A stretch of DNA of 64,000 nucleotides. Origin: the human T2T-CHM13v2.0 reference genome, Homo sapiens. The translations under genes were made by a program, and so were the position numbers. Location: assembly GCF_009914755.1 (NCBI RefSeq), contig NC_060937.1. One strand, given 5' to 3'. The notes under the pieces were generated by a model. That model was given only the letters and a program-made list of their open reading frames with translations, had not been told where the DNA came from and did not search any database. This document shows positions 1-11,200 of this stretch, one piece after another (the first letter of the stretch is position 1; each line of letters opens with the position of its first letter).

Positions 1-449
1 CAGTGTTTCCAAACTGCTGCATCAAAAGAAAGGTTCAACTCTGTTAGTTGAGGACACACGTCACAAAGAAGTTTGTGAGAATGCTTCTGTCTAGATTTTG
101 TATGACGATATTCCCTTTTCCAACGATATCGTTAAAGCAATCTAAATATCCATTTGCAGAATCCACAAAAATAGAGTTTCAAAGCTGCTCTGTAAAAAGA
201 AAGGTTCCACTCTGTTAGCTGAGTACACACATCACAAACTTGTTTCTCAGAATCCTTCTGTCTCGTTTTTCTGGGAAGATATTTACTTTTTCACCGTAGG
301 CATCAAAGCGCTCCAAATGTCCACATCCAGATACTCCAGAAAGAGTGTTTCAAACCTGCTCTATGAAAGGGAATCTTCAACTCTATGAGTTGAATGCAGA
401 CATCAGAAAGAAATTTCTGAGAATGCTGCTGTCTACCTTTTATTTGAAT

Positions 450-466
450 TCCCGCTTCCAACGAAA
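450..466 (-). other. CENP-B box (intact), first of 3 per 1190-bp module
   Basis: The + strand TCCCGCTTCCAACGAAA reads TTTCGTTGGAAGCGGGA on the minus strand, matching YTTCGTTGGAARCGGGA. About 167 intact boxes are expected in the window (41x3 + 22x2). Confidence 0.97.
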
Positions 467-622
467 TCCTCCAAGCTATCCAAATATCCACTTGCAGATT
501 CCACAAAAAGAGTGTTTCAAAACTGCTCTCTATCAATGGCAAAGTTCAACTCTGTTAGTTGAGGACACATATCACCAACAAGTTTCTGAGAATGCTTCTG
601 TCTATTTTTTATGGGAAGATAT

Positions 623-639
623 TTCCTTTTTCACCGTAG
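623..639 (-). other. pJalpha/A-box of an A-type alphoid monomer (representative)
   Basis: The minus strand reads CTACGGTGAAAAAGGAA at the monomer position homologous to the CENP-B box. A variant, CTACGGTGAAAAAGTAA, lies at 283-299. Confidence 0.8.
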
Positions 640-789
640 GCGTCAAGGCGATCGAAATGTCCACTTCCACAAACTACAAAAAGAGTGTTTCAAACCTGCT
701 CTATGAAAGGCCATGTTCATCTCTATGAGTCGAATGGAAATATCCGAAAGAAATTTCTGGGAATGCTGCTGTCTAGTTTTTATACGAAT

Positions 790-806
790 TCCCGCTTCCA
801 ACGAAA
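790..806 (-). other. CENP-B box (intact), second per module
   Basis: TCCCGCTTCCAACGAAA, 340 bp after the first box. Confidence 0.97.
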
Positions 807-1130
807 TCCTCAAAGCAATCCAAATATCCACTTGCAGAATCCACAAAAAGAGTGTTTCAAAACTGCTCTATCAATAGAAAGGTTCAACTCTTTTAGTTGA
901 GTACACACATCACAAACAAGTTTCTGAGAATGCTTCTGTCTGGCTTTTATTGGAAGACGTTTCCTTTTCACCAAAGGCATCAAAGCGCTCCAAATGTCCA
1001 CTTCCAGATTCTTCCAAAAGAGTGTTTGAAACGTGCTCAAAGTAAGGGAATGTTCAACTCTGTGACTTGAATGCAGATATCACCAAGTAGTTTCTAATAG
1101 TGCTTCTGTCTAGATTTTAGATGATGATAT

Positions 1131-1147
1131 TCCCGTTTCCAACGAAA
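1131..1147 (-). other. CENP-B box (intact), third per module
   Basis: TCCCGTTTCCAACGAAA reads TTTCGTTGGAAACGGGA on the minus strand. Confidence 0.97.
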
Positions 1148-1301
1148 TCGTTAGAGCTATCCAAATATCCACTTACAGTTGCTACAAAAAGAGTGTTTCC
1201 AAACTGCTGCATCAAAAGAAAGGTTCAACTCTGTTAGTTGAGGACACACGTCACAAAGAAGTTTGTGAGAATGCTTCTGTCTAGATTTTGTATGACGATA
1301 T

Positions 1302-1318
1302 TCCCTTTTCCAACGATA
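1302..1318 (-). other. Degenerate, predicted non-binding CENP-B box; one per module, also at 112-128
   Basis: The minus strand reads TATCGTTGGAAAAGGGA, with two mismatches in the essential nTTCGnnnnAnnCGGGn core. Confidence 0.85.
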
Positions 1319-2829
1319 TCGTTAAAGCAATCTAAATATCCATTTGCAGAATCCACAAAAATAGAGTTTCAAAGCTGCTCTGTAAAAAGAAAGGTTCCAC
1401 TCTGTTAGCTGAGTACACACATCACAAACTTGTTTCTCAGAATCCTTCTGTCTCGTTTTTCTGGGAAGATATTTACTTTTTCACCGTAGGCATCAAAGCG
1501 CTCCAAATGTCCACATCCAGATACTCCAGAAAGAGTGTTTCAAACCTGCTCTATGAAAGGGAATCTTCAACTCTATGAGTTGAATGCAGACATCAGAAAG
1601 AAATTTCTGAGAATGCTGCTGTCTACCTTTTATTTGAATTCCCGCTTCCAACGAAATCCTCCAAGCTATCCAAATATCCACTTGCAGATTCCACAAAAAG
1701 AGTGTTTCAAAACTGCTCTCTATCAATGGCAAAGTTCAACTCTGTTAGTTGAGGACACATATCACCAACAAGTTTCTGAGAATGCTTCTGTCTATTTTTT
1801 ATGGGAAGATATTTCCTTTTTCACCGTAGGCGTCAAGGCGATCGAAATGTCCACTTCCACAAACTACAAAAAGAGTGTTTCAAACCTGCTCTATGAAAGG
1901 CCATGTTCATCTCTATGAGTCGAATGGAAATATCCGAAAGAAATTTCTGGGAATGCTGCTGTCTAGTTTTTATACGAATTCCCGCTTCCAACGAAATCCT
2001 CAAAGCAATCCAAATATCCACTTGCAGAATCCACAAAAAGAGTGTTTCAAAACTGCTCTATCAATAGAAAGGTTCAACTCTTTTAGTTGAGTACACACAT
2101 CACAAACAAGTTTCTGAGAATGCTTCTGTCTGGCTTTTATTGGAAGACGTTTCCTTTTCACCAAAGGCATCAAAGCGCTCCAAATGTCCACTTCCAGATT
2201 CTTCCAAAAGAGTGTTTGAAACGTGCCCAAAGTAAGGGAATGTTCAACTCTGTGACTTGAATGCAGATATCACCAAGTAGTTTCTAATAGTGCTTCTGTC
2301 TAGATTTTAGATGATGATATTCCCGTTTCCAACGAAATCGTTAGAGCTATCCAAATATCCACTTACAGTTTCTACAAAAAGAGTGTTTCCAAACTGCTGC
2401 ATCAAAAGAAAGGTTCAACTCTGTTAGTTGAGGACACACATCACAAAGAAGTTTGTGAGAATGCTTCTGTCTAGATTTTGTATGACCATATTCCCTTTCC
2501 CAGCGATATCATTAAAGCAATCTAAATATCCATTTGCAGAATCCACAAAAATAGAGTTTCAAAGCTGCTCTGTAAAAAGAAAGGTTCCACTCTGTTAGCT
2601 GAGTACACACATCACAAACTTGTTTCTGAGAATCCTTCTGTCTCGTTTTTATGGGAAGATATTTACTTTTTCACCGTAGGCATCAAAGCGCTCCAAATGT
2701 CCACATCCAGATACTCCAGAAAGAGTGTTTCAAACCTGCTCTATGAAAGGGAATCTTCAACTCTATGAGTTGAATGCAGACATCAGAAAGAAATTTCTGA
2801 GAATGCTGCTGTCTACCTTTTATTTGAAC

Positions 2830-2846
2830 TCCCGCTTCCAACGAAA
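2830..2846 (-). other. CENP-B box (intact), first in the 4-monomer module
   Basis: TCCCGCTTCCAACGAAA. The adjacent base 2829 is the SNV that destroys the EcoRI site in allele a. Confidence 0.95.
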
Positions 2847-3169
2847 TCCTCCAAGCTATCCAAATATCCACTTGCATTTTCCACAAAAAGAGTGCTTCAA
2901 AACTGCTCTATCAATAAATGTTCAACTCCTTTAGCTGGGTGCACACATCACAAACAAGTTTCTGAGAATGCTTCTGTCTAGTTTTTATGGGAAGACATTC
3001 CCTTTTTCACCAAAGGCATCAAAGCGCTCCAAATGTCCACTTCCAGACACTACAAAAAGAGTGTTTCCAACGTGCTCTAAGAAAGCGAATGTTCAACTCT
3101 GTGACTTGAATGCAGATATCACAAAGTAGTTTCTGAGAGGGCTTCTGTCTAGATTTTAGATGATGATAT

Positions 3170-3186
3170 TCCCGTTTCCAACGAAA
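3170..3186 (-). other. CENP-B box (intact), second in the 4-monomer module
   Basis: TCCCGTTTCCAACGAAA; this brings the total to 5 boxes per 11-mer. Confidence 0.95.
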
Positions 3187-6100
3187 TCATTAGAGCTATC
3201 CAAATATCCACTTACAGTTTCTACAAAAAGAGTGTTTCCAAACTGCTGCATCAAAAGAGAGGTTCCACTCTGTTAGCTGAGTACACACATCACAAACTTG
3301 TTTCTCAGAATCCTTCTGTCTCGTTTTTCTGGGAAGATATTTACTTTTTCACCGTAGGCATCAAAGCGCTCCAAATGTCCACATCCAGATACTCCAGAAA
3401 GAGTGTTTCAAACCTGCTCTATGAAAGGGAATCTTCAACTCTATGAGTTGAATGCAGACATCAGAAAGAAATTTCTGAGAATGCTGCTGTCTACCTTTTA
3501 TTTGAATTCCCGCTTCCAACGAAATCCTCCAAGCTATCCAAATATCCACTTGCAGATTCCACAAAAAGAGTGTTTCAAAACTGCTCTCTATCAATGGCAA
3601 AGTTCAACTCTGTTAGTTGAGGACACATATCACCAACAAGTTTCTGAGAATGCTTCTGTCTATTTTTTATGGGAAGATATTTCCTTTTTCACCGTAGGCG
3701 TCAAGGCGATCGAAATGTCCACTTCCACAAACTACAAAAAGAGTGTTTCAAACCTGCTCTATGAAAGGCCATGTTCATCTCTATGAGTCGAATGGAAATA
3801 TCCGAAAGAAATTTCTGGGAATGCTGCTGTCTAGTTTTTATACGAATTCCCGCTTCCAACGAAATCCTCAAAGCAATCCAAATATCCACTTGCAGAATCC
3901 ACAAAAAGAGTGTTTCAAAACTGCTCTATCAATAGAAAGGTTCAACTCTTTTAGTTGAGTACACACATCACAAACAAGTTTCTGAGAATGCTTCTGTCTG
4001 GCTTTTATTGGAAGACGTTTCCTTTTCACCAAAGGCATCAAAGCGCTCCAAATGTCCACTTCCAGATTCTTCCAAAAGAGTGTTTGAAACGTGCTCAAAG
4101 TAAGGGAATGTTCAACTCTGTGACTTGAATGCAGATATCACCAAGTAGTTTCTAATAGTGCTTCTGTCTAGATTTTAGATGATGATATTCCCGTTTCCAA
4201 CGAAATCGTTAGAGCTATCCAAATATCCACTTACAGTTGCTACAAAAACAGTGTTTCCAAACTGCTGCATCAAAAGAAAGGTTCAACTCTGTTAGTTGAG
4301 GACACACGTCACAAAGAAGTTTGTGAGAATGCTTCTGTCTAGATTTTGTATGACGATATTCCCTTTTCCAACGATATCGTTAAAGCAATCTAAATATCCA
4401 TTTGCAGAATCCACAAAAATAGAGTTTCAAAGCTGCTCTGTAAAAAGAAAGGTTCCACTCTGTTAGCTGAGTACACACATCACAAACTTGTTTCTCAGAA
4501 TCTTTCTGTCTCGTTTTTATGGGAAGATATTTACTTTTTCACCGTAGGCATCAAAGCGCTCCAAATGTCCACATCCAGATACTCCAGAAAGAGTGTTTCA
4601 AACCTGCTCTATGAAAGGGAATCTTCAACTCTATGAGTTGAATGCAGACATCAGAAAGTAATTTCTGAGAATGCTGCTGTCTACCTTTTATTTGAATTCC
4701 CGCTTCCAACGAAATCCTCCAAGCTATCCAAATATCCACTTGCAGATTCCACAAAAAGAGTGTTTCAAAACTGCTCTCTATCAATGGCAAAGTTCAACTC
4801 TGTTAGTTGAGGACACATATCACCAACAAGTTTCTGAGAATGCTTCTGTCTATTTTTTATGGGAAGATATTTCCTTTTTCACCGTAGGCGTCAAGGCGAT
4901 CGAAATGTCCACTTCCACAAACTACAAAAAGAGTGTTTCAAACCTGCTCTATGAAAGGCCATGTTCATCTCTATGAGTCGAATGGAAATATCCGAAAGAA
5001 ATTTCTGGGAATGCTGCTGTCTAGTTTTTATACGAATTCCCGCTTCCAACGAAATCCTCAAAGCAATCCAAATATCCACTTGCAGAATCCACAAAAAGAG
5101 TGTTTCAAAACTGCTCTATCAATAGAAAGGTTCAACTCTTTTAGTTGAGTACACACATCACAAACAAGTTTCTGAGAATGCTTCTGTCTGGCTTTTATTG
5201 GAAGACGTTTCCTTTTCACCAAAGGCATCAAAGCGCTCCAAATGTCCACTTCCAGATTCTTCCAAAAGAGTGTTTGAAACGTGCTCAAAGTAAGGGAATG
5301 TTCAACTCTGTGACTTGAATGCAGATATCACCAAGTAGTTTCTAATAGTGCTTCTGTCTAGATTTTAGATGATGATATTCCCGTTTCCAACGAAATCGTT
5401 AGAGCTATCCAAATATCCACTTACAGTTTCTACAAAAAGAGTGTTTCCAAACTGCTGCATCAAAAGAAAGGTTCAACTCTGTTAGTTGAGGACACACATC
5501 ACAAAGAAGTTTGTGAGAATGCTTCTGTCTAGATTTTGTATGACCATATTCCCTTTTCCAGCGATATCATTAAAGCAATCTAAATATCCATTTGCAGAAT
5601 CCACAAAATTAGAGTTTCAAAGCTGCTCTGTAAAAAGAAAGGTTCCACTCTGTTAGCTGAGTACACACATCACAAACTTGTTTCTCAGAATCCTTCTGTC
5701 TCGTTTTTATGGGAAGATATTTACTTTTTCACCGTAGGCATCAAAGCGCTCCAAATGTCCACATCCAGATACTCCAGAAAGAGTGTTTCAAACCTGCTCT
5801 ATGAAAGGGAATCTTCAACTCTATGAGTTGAATGCAGACATCAGAAAGAAATTTCTGAGAATGCTGCTGTCTACCTTTTATTTGAACTCCCGCTTCCAAC
5901 GAAATCCTCCAAGCTATCCAAATATCCACTTGCATTTTCCACAAAAAGAGTGCTTCAAAACTGCTCTATCAATAAATGTTCAACTCCTTTAGCTGGGTGC
6001 ACACATCACAAACAAGTTTCTGAGAATGCTTCTGTCTAGTTTTTATGGGAAGACATTCCCTTTTTCACCAAAGGCATCAAAGCGCTCCAAATGTCCACTT

Positions 6101-6418
6101 CCAGACACTACAAAAAGAGTGTTTCCAACGTGCTCTAAGAAAGCGAATGTTCAACTCTGTGACTTGAATGCAGATATCACAAAGTAGTTTCTGAGAGGGC
6201 TTCTGTCTAGATTTTAGATGATGATATTCCCGTTTCCAACGAAATCATTAGAGCTATCCAAATATCCACTTACAGTTTCTACAAAAAGAGTGTTTCCAAA
6301 CTGCTGCATCAAAAGAGAGGTTCCACTCTGTTAGCTGAGTACACACATCACAAACTTGTTTCTGAGAATCCTTCTGTGTCGTTTTTATGGGAAGATATTT
6401 ACTTTTTCACCGTAGGCA

Positions 6419-8288
6419 TCAAAGCGCTCCAAATGTCCACATCCAGATACTCCAGAAAGAGTGTTTCAAACCTGCTCTATGAAAGGGAATCTTCAACTCT
6501 ATGAGTTGAATGCAGACATCAGAAAGAAATTTCTGAGAATGCTGCTGTCTACCTTTTATTTGAATTCCCGCTTCCAACGAAATCCTCCAAGCTATCCAAA
6601 TATCCACTTGCAGATTCCACAAAAAGAGTGTTTCAAAACTGCTCTCTATCAATGGCAAAGTTCAACTCTGTTAGTTGAGGACACATATCACCAACAAGTT
6701 TATGAGAATGCTTCTGTCTATTTTTTATGGGAAGATATTTCCTTTTTCACCGTAGGCGTCAAGGCGATCGAAATGTCCACTTCCACAAACTACAAAAAGA
6801 GTGTTTCAAACCTGCTCTATGAAAGGCCATGTTCATCTCTATGAGTCGAATGGAAATATCCGAAAGAAATTTCTGGGAATGCTGCTGTCTAGTTTTTATA
6901 CGAATTCCCGCTTCCAACGAAATCCTCAAAGCAATCCAAATATCCACTTGCAGAATCCACAAAAAGAGTGTTTCAAAACTGCTCTATCAATAGAAAGGTT
7001 CAACTCTTTTAGTTGAGTACACACATCACAAACAAGTTTCTGAGAATGCTTCTGTCTGGCTTTTATTGGAAGACGTTTCCTTTTCACCAAAGGCATCAAA
7101 GCGCTCCAAATGTCCACTTCCAGATTCTTCCAAAAGAGTGTTTGAAACGTGCTCAAAGTAAGGGAATGTTCAACTCTGTGACTTGAATGCAGATATCACC
7201 AAGTAGTTTCTAATAGTGCTTCTGTCTAGATTTTAGATGATGATATTCCCGTTTCCAACGAAATCGTTAGAGCTATCCAAATATCCACTTACAGTTTCTA
7301 CAAAAAGAGTGTTTCCAAACTGCTGCATCAAAAGAAAGGTTCAACTCTGTTAGTTGAGGACACACATCACAAAGAAGTTTGTGAGAATGCTTCTGTCTAG
7401 ATTTTGTATGACCATATTCCCTTTTCCAGCGATATCATTAAAGCAATCTAAATATCCATTTGCAGAATCCACAAAAATAGAGTTTCAAAGCTGCTCTGTA
7501 AAAAGAAAGGTTCCACTCTGTTAGCTGAGTACACACATCACAAACTTGTTTCTGAGAATCCTTCTGTCTCGTTTTTATGGGAAGATATTTACTTTTTCAC
7601 CGTAGGCATCAAAGCGCTCCAAATGTCCACATCCAGATACTCCAGAAAGAGTGTTTCAAACCTGCTCTATGAAAGGGAATCTTCAACTCTATGAGTTGAA
7701 TGCAGACATCAGAAAGAAATTTCTGAGAATGCTGCTGTCTACCTTTTATTTGAATTCCCGCTTCCAACGAAATCCTCCAAGCTATCCAAATATCCACCTG
7801 CATTTTCCACAAAAAGAGCGTTTCAAAACTGCTCTATCAATAGAAATGTTCAACTCCTTTGGCTGGGTACACACATCACAAACAAGTTTCTGAGAATGCT
7901 TCTGTCTAGTTTTTATGGGAAGACATTCCCTTTTTCACCAAAGGCATCAAAGCGCTCCAAATGTCCACTTCCAGACACTACAAAAAGAGTGTTTCCAACG
8001 TGCTCTAAGAAAGCGAATGTTCAACTCTGTGACTTGAATGCAGATATCACAAAGTAGTTTCTGAGAGGGCTTCTGTCTAGATTTTAGATGATGATATTCC
8101 CGTTTCCAACGAAATCATTAGAGCTATCCAAATATCCACTTACAGTTTCTACAAAAAGAGTATTTCCAAACTGCTGCATCAAAAGAGAGGTTCCACTCTG
8201 TTAGCTGAGTACACACATCACAAACTTGTTTCTCAGAATCCTTCTGTCTCGTTTTTCTGGGAAGATATTTACTTTTTCACCGTAGGCA
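6419..8288 (-). repeat. Representative 11-mer HOR allele b (1870 bp = 1190 + 680); 10 copies
   Basis: The 680-bp module starts at 7609, 13049, 18489, 30723, 32593, 40579, 48565, 52303, 56553 and 60291. Markers are TCAATAGAAATG, CACCTGCATT, AGAGCGTTTC and TTTGGCTGGGTACAC. Confidence 0.95.
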
Positions 8289-11200
8289 TCAAAGCGCTCC
8301 AAATGTCCACATCCAGATACTCCAGAAAGAGTGTTTCAAACCTGCTCTATGAAAGGGAATCTTCAACTCTATGAGTTGAATGCAGACATCAGAAAGAAAT
8401 TTCTGAGAATGCTGCTGTCTACCTTTTATTTGAATTCCCGCTTCCAACGAAATCCTCCAAGCTATCCAAATATCCACTTGCAGATTCCACAAAAAGAGTG
8501 TTTCAAAACTGCTCTCTATCAATGGCAAAGTTCAACTCTGTTAGTTGAGGACACATATCACCAACAAGTTTCTGAGAATGCTTCTGTCTATTTTTTATGG
8601 GAAGATATTTCCTTTTTCACCGTAGGCGTCAAGGCGATCGAAATGTCCACTTCCACAAACTACAAAAAGAGTGTTTCAAACCTGCTCTATGAAAGGCCAT
8701 GTTCATCTCTATGAGTCGAATGGAAATATCCGAAAGAAATTTCTGGGAATGCTGCTGTCTAGTTTTTATACGAATTCCCGCTTCCAACGAAATCCTCAAA
8801 GCAATCCAAATATCCACTTGCAGAATCCACAAAAAGAGTGTTTCAAAACTGCTCTATCAATAGAAAGGTTCAACTCTTTTAGTTGAGTACACACATCACA
8901 AACAAGTTTCTGAGAATGCTTCTGTCTGGCTTTTATTGGAAGACGTTTCCTTTTCACCAAAGGCATCAAAGCGCTCCAAATGTCCACTTCCAGATTCTTC
9001 CAAAAGAGTGTTTGAAACGTGCTCAAAGTAAGGGAATGTTCAACTCTGTGACTTGAATGCAGATATCACCAAGTAGTTTCTAATAGTGCTTCTGTCTAGA
9101 TTTTAGATGATGATATTCCCGTTTCCAACGAAATCGTTAGAGCTATCCAAATATCCACTTACAGTTGCTACAAAAACAGTGTTTCCAAACTGCTGCATCA
9201 AAAGAAAGGTTCAACTCTGTTAGTTGAGGACACACGTCACAAAGAAGTTTGTGAGAATGCTTCTGTCTAGATTTTGTATGACGATATTCCCTTTTCCAAC
9301 GATATCGTTAAAGCAATCTAAATATCCATTTGCAGAATCCACAAAAATAGAGTTTCAAAGCTGCTCTGTAAAAAGAAAGGTTCCACTCTGTTAGCTGAGT
9401 GCACACATCACAAACTTGTTTCTGAGAATCCTTCTGTCTCGTTTTTATGGGAAGATATTTACTTTTTCACCGTAGGCATCAAAGCGCTCCAAATGTCCAC
9501 ATCCAGATACTCCAGAAAGAGTGTTTCAAACCTGCTCTATGAAAGGGAATCTTCAACTCTATGAGTTGAATGCAGACATCAGAAAGAAATTTCTGAGAAT
9601 GCTGCTGTCTACCTTTTATTTGAATTCCCGCTTCCAACGAAATCCTCCAAGCTATCCAAATATCCACTTGCAGATTCCACAAAAAGAGTGTTTCAAAACT
9701 GCTCTCTATCAATGGCAAAGTTCAACTCTGTTAGTTGAGGACACATATCACCAACAAGTTTCTGAGAATGCTTCTGTCTATTTTTTATGGGAAGATATTT
9801 CCTTTTTCACCGTAGGCGTCAAGGCGATCGAAATGTCCACTTCCACAAACTACAAAAAGAGTGTTTCAAACCTGCTCTATGAAAGGCCATGTTCATCTCT
9901 ATGAGTCGAATGGAAATATCCGAAAGAAATTTCTGGGAATGCTGCTGTCTAGTTTTTATACGAATTCCCGCTTCCAACGAAATCCTCAAAGCAATCCAAA
10001 TATCCACTTGCAGAATCCACAAAAAGAGTGTTTCAAAACTGCTCTATCAATAGAAAGGTTCAACTCTTTTAGTTGAGTACACACATCACAAACAAGTTTC
10101 TGAGAATGCTTCTGTCTGGCTTTTATTGGAAGACGTTTCCTTTTCACCAAAGGCATCAAAGCGCTCCAAATGTCCACTTCCAGATTCTTCCAAAAGAGTG
10201 TTTGAAACGTGCTCAAAGTAAGGGAATGTTCAACTCTGTGACTTGAATGCAGATATCACCAAGTAGTTTCTAATAGTGCTTCTGTCTAGATTTTAGATGA
10301 TGATATTCCCGTTTCCAACGAAATCGTTAGAGCTATCCAAATATCCACTTACAGTTTCTACAAAAAGAGTGTTTCCAAACTGCTGCATCAAAAGAAAGGT
10401 TCAACTCTGTTAGTTGAGGACACACATCACAAAGAAGTTTGTGAGAATGCTTCTGTCTAGATTTTGTATGACGATATTCCCTTTTCCAACGATATCGTTA
10501 AAGCAATCTAAATATCCATTTGCAGAATCCACAAAAATAGAGTTTCAAAGCTGCTCTGTAAAAAGAAAGGTTCCACTCTGTTAGCTGAGTACACACATCA
10601 CAAACTTGTTTCTCAGAATCCTTCTGTGTCGTTTTTCTGGGAAGATATTTACTTTTTCACCGTAGGCATCAAAGCGCTCCAAATGTCCACATCCAGATAC
10701 TCCAGAAAGAGTGTTTCAAACCTGCTCTATGAAAGGGAATCTTCAACTCTATGAGTTGAATGCAGACATCAGAAAGAAATTTCTGAGAATGCTGCTGTCT
10801 ACCTTTTATTTGAATTCCCGCTTCCAACGAAATCCTCCAAGCTATCCAAATATCCACTTGCAGATTCCACAAAAAGAGTGTTTCAAAACTGCTCTCTATC
10901 AATGGCAAAGTTCAACTCTGTTAGTTGAGGACACATATCACCAACAAGTTTCTGAGAATGCTTCTGTCTATTTTTTATGGGAAGATATTTCCTTTTTCAC
11001 CGTAGGCGTCAAGGCGATCGAAATGTCCACTTCCACAAACTACAAAAAGAGTGTTTCAAACCTGCTCTATGAAAGGCCATGTTCATCTCTATGAGTCGAA
11101 TGGAAATATCCGAAAGAAATTTCTGGGAATGCTGCTGTCTAGTTTTTATACGAATTCCCGCTTCCAACGAAATCCTCAAAGCAATCCAAATATCCACTTG

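Larger units (their letters stand above)
303..1492 (-). repeat. Representative 7-mer HOR (1190 bp); 18 complete stand-alone copies in the window
   Basis: Exact 1190-bp recurrence (303->1493, 8289->9479->10669->11859). Stand-alone 7-mers start at 303, 3361, 8289, 9479, 10669, 13729, 14919, 16109, 19169, 22227, 23417, 26475, 33273, 34463, 43127, 44317, 52983 and 54173. The phase is arbitrary. Confidence 0.95.
1493..3360 (-). repeat. Representative 11-mer HOR allele a (1868 bp = 1190 + 678); 12 copies
   Basis: The 678-bp 4-monomer module starts at 2683, 5741, 21549, 25797, 28855, 36843, 38711, 42449, 46697, 50435, 58423 and 62161. Markers are TCAATAAATG (2-bp deletion), AGTGCTTC and TTTAGCTGGGTGCAC. 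Confidence 0.95.
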
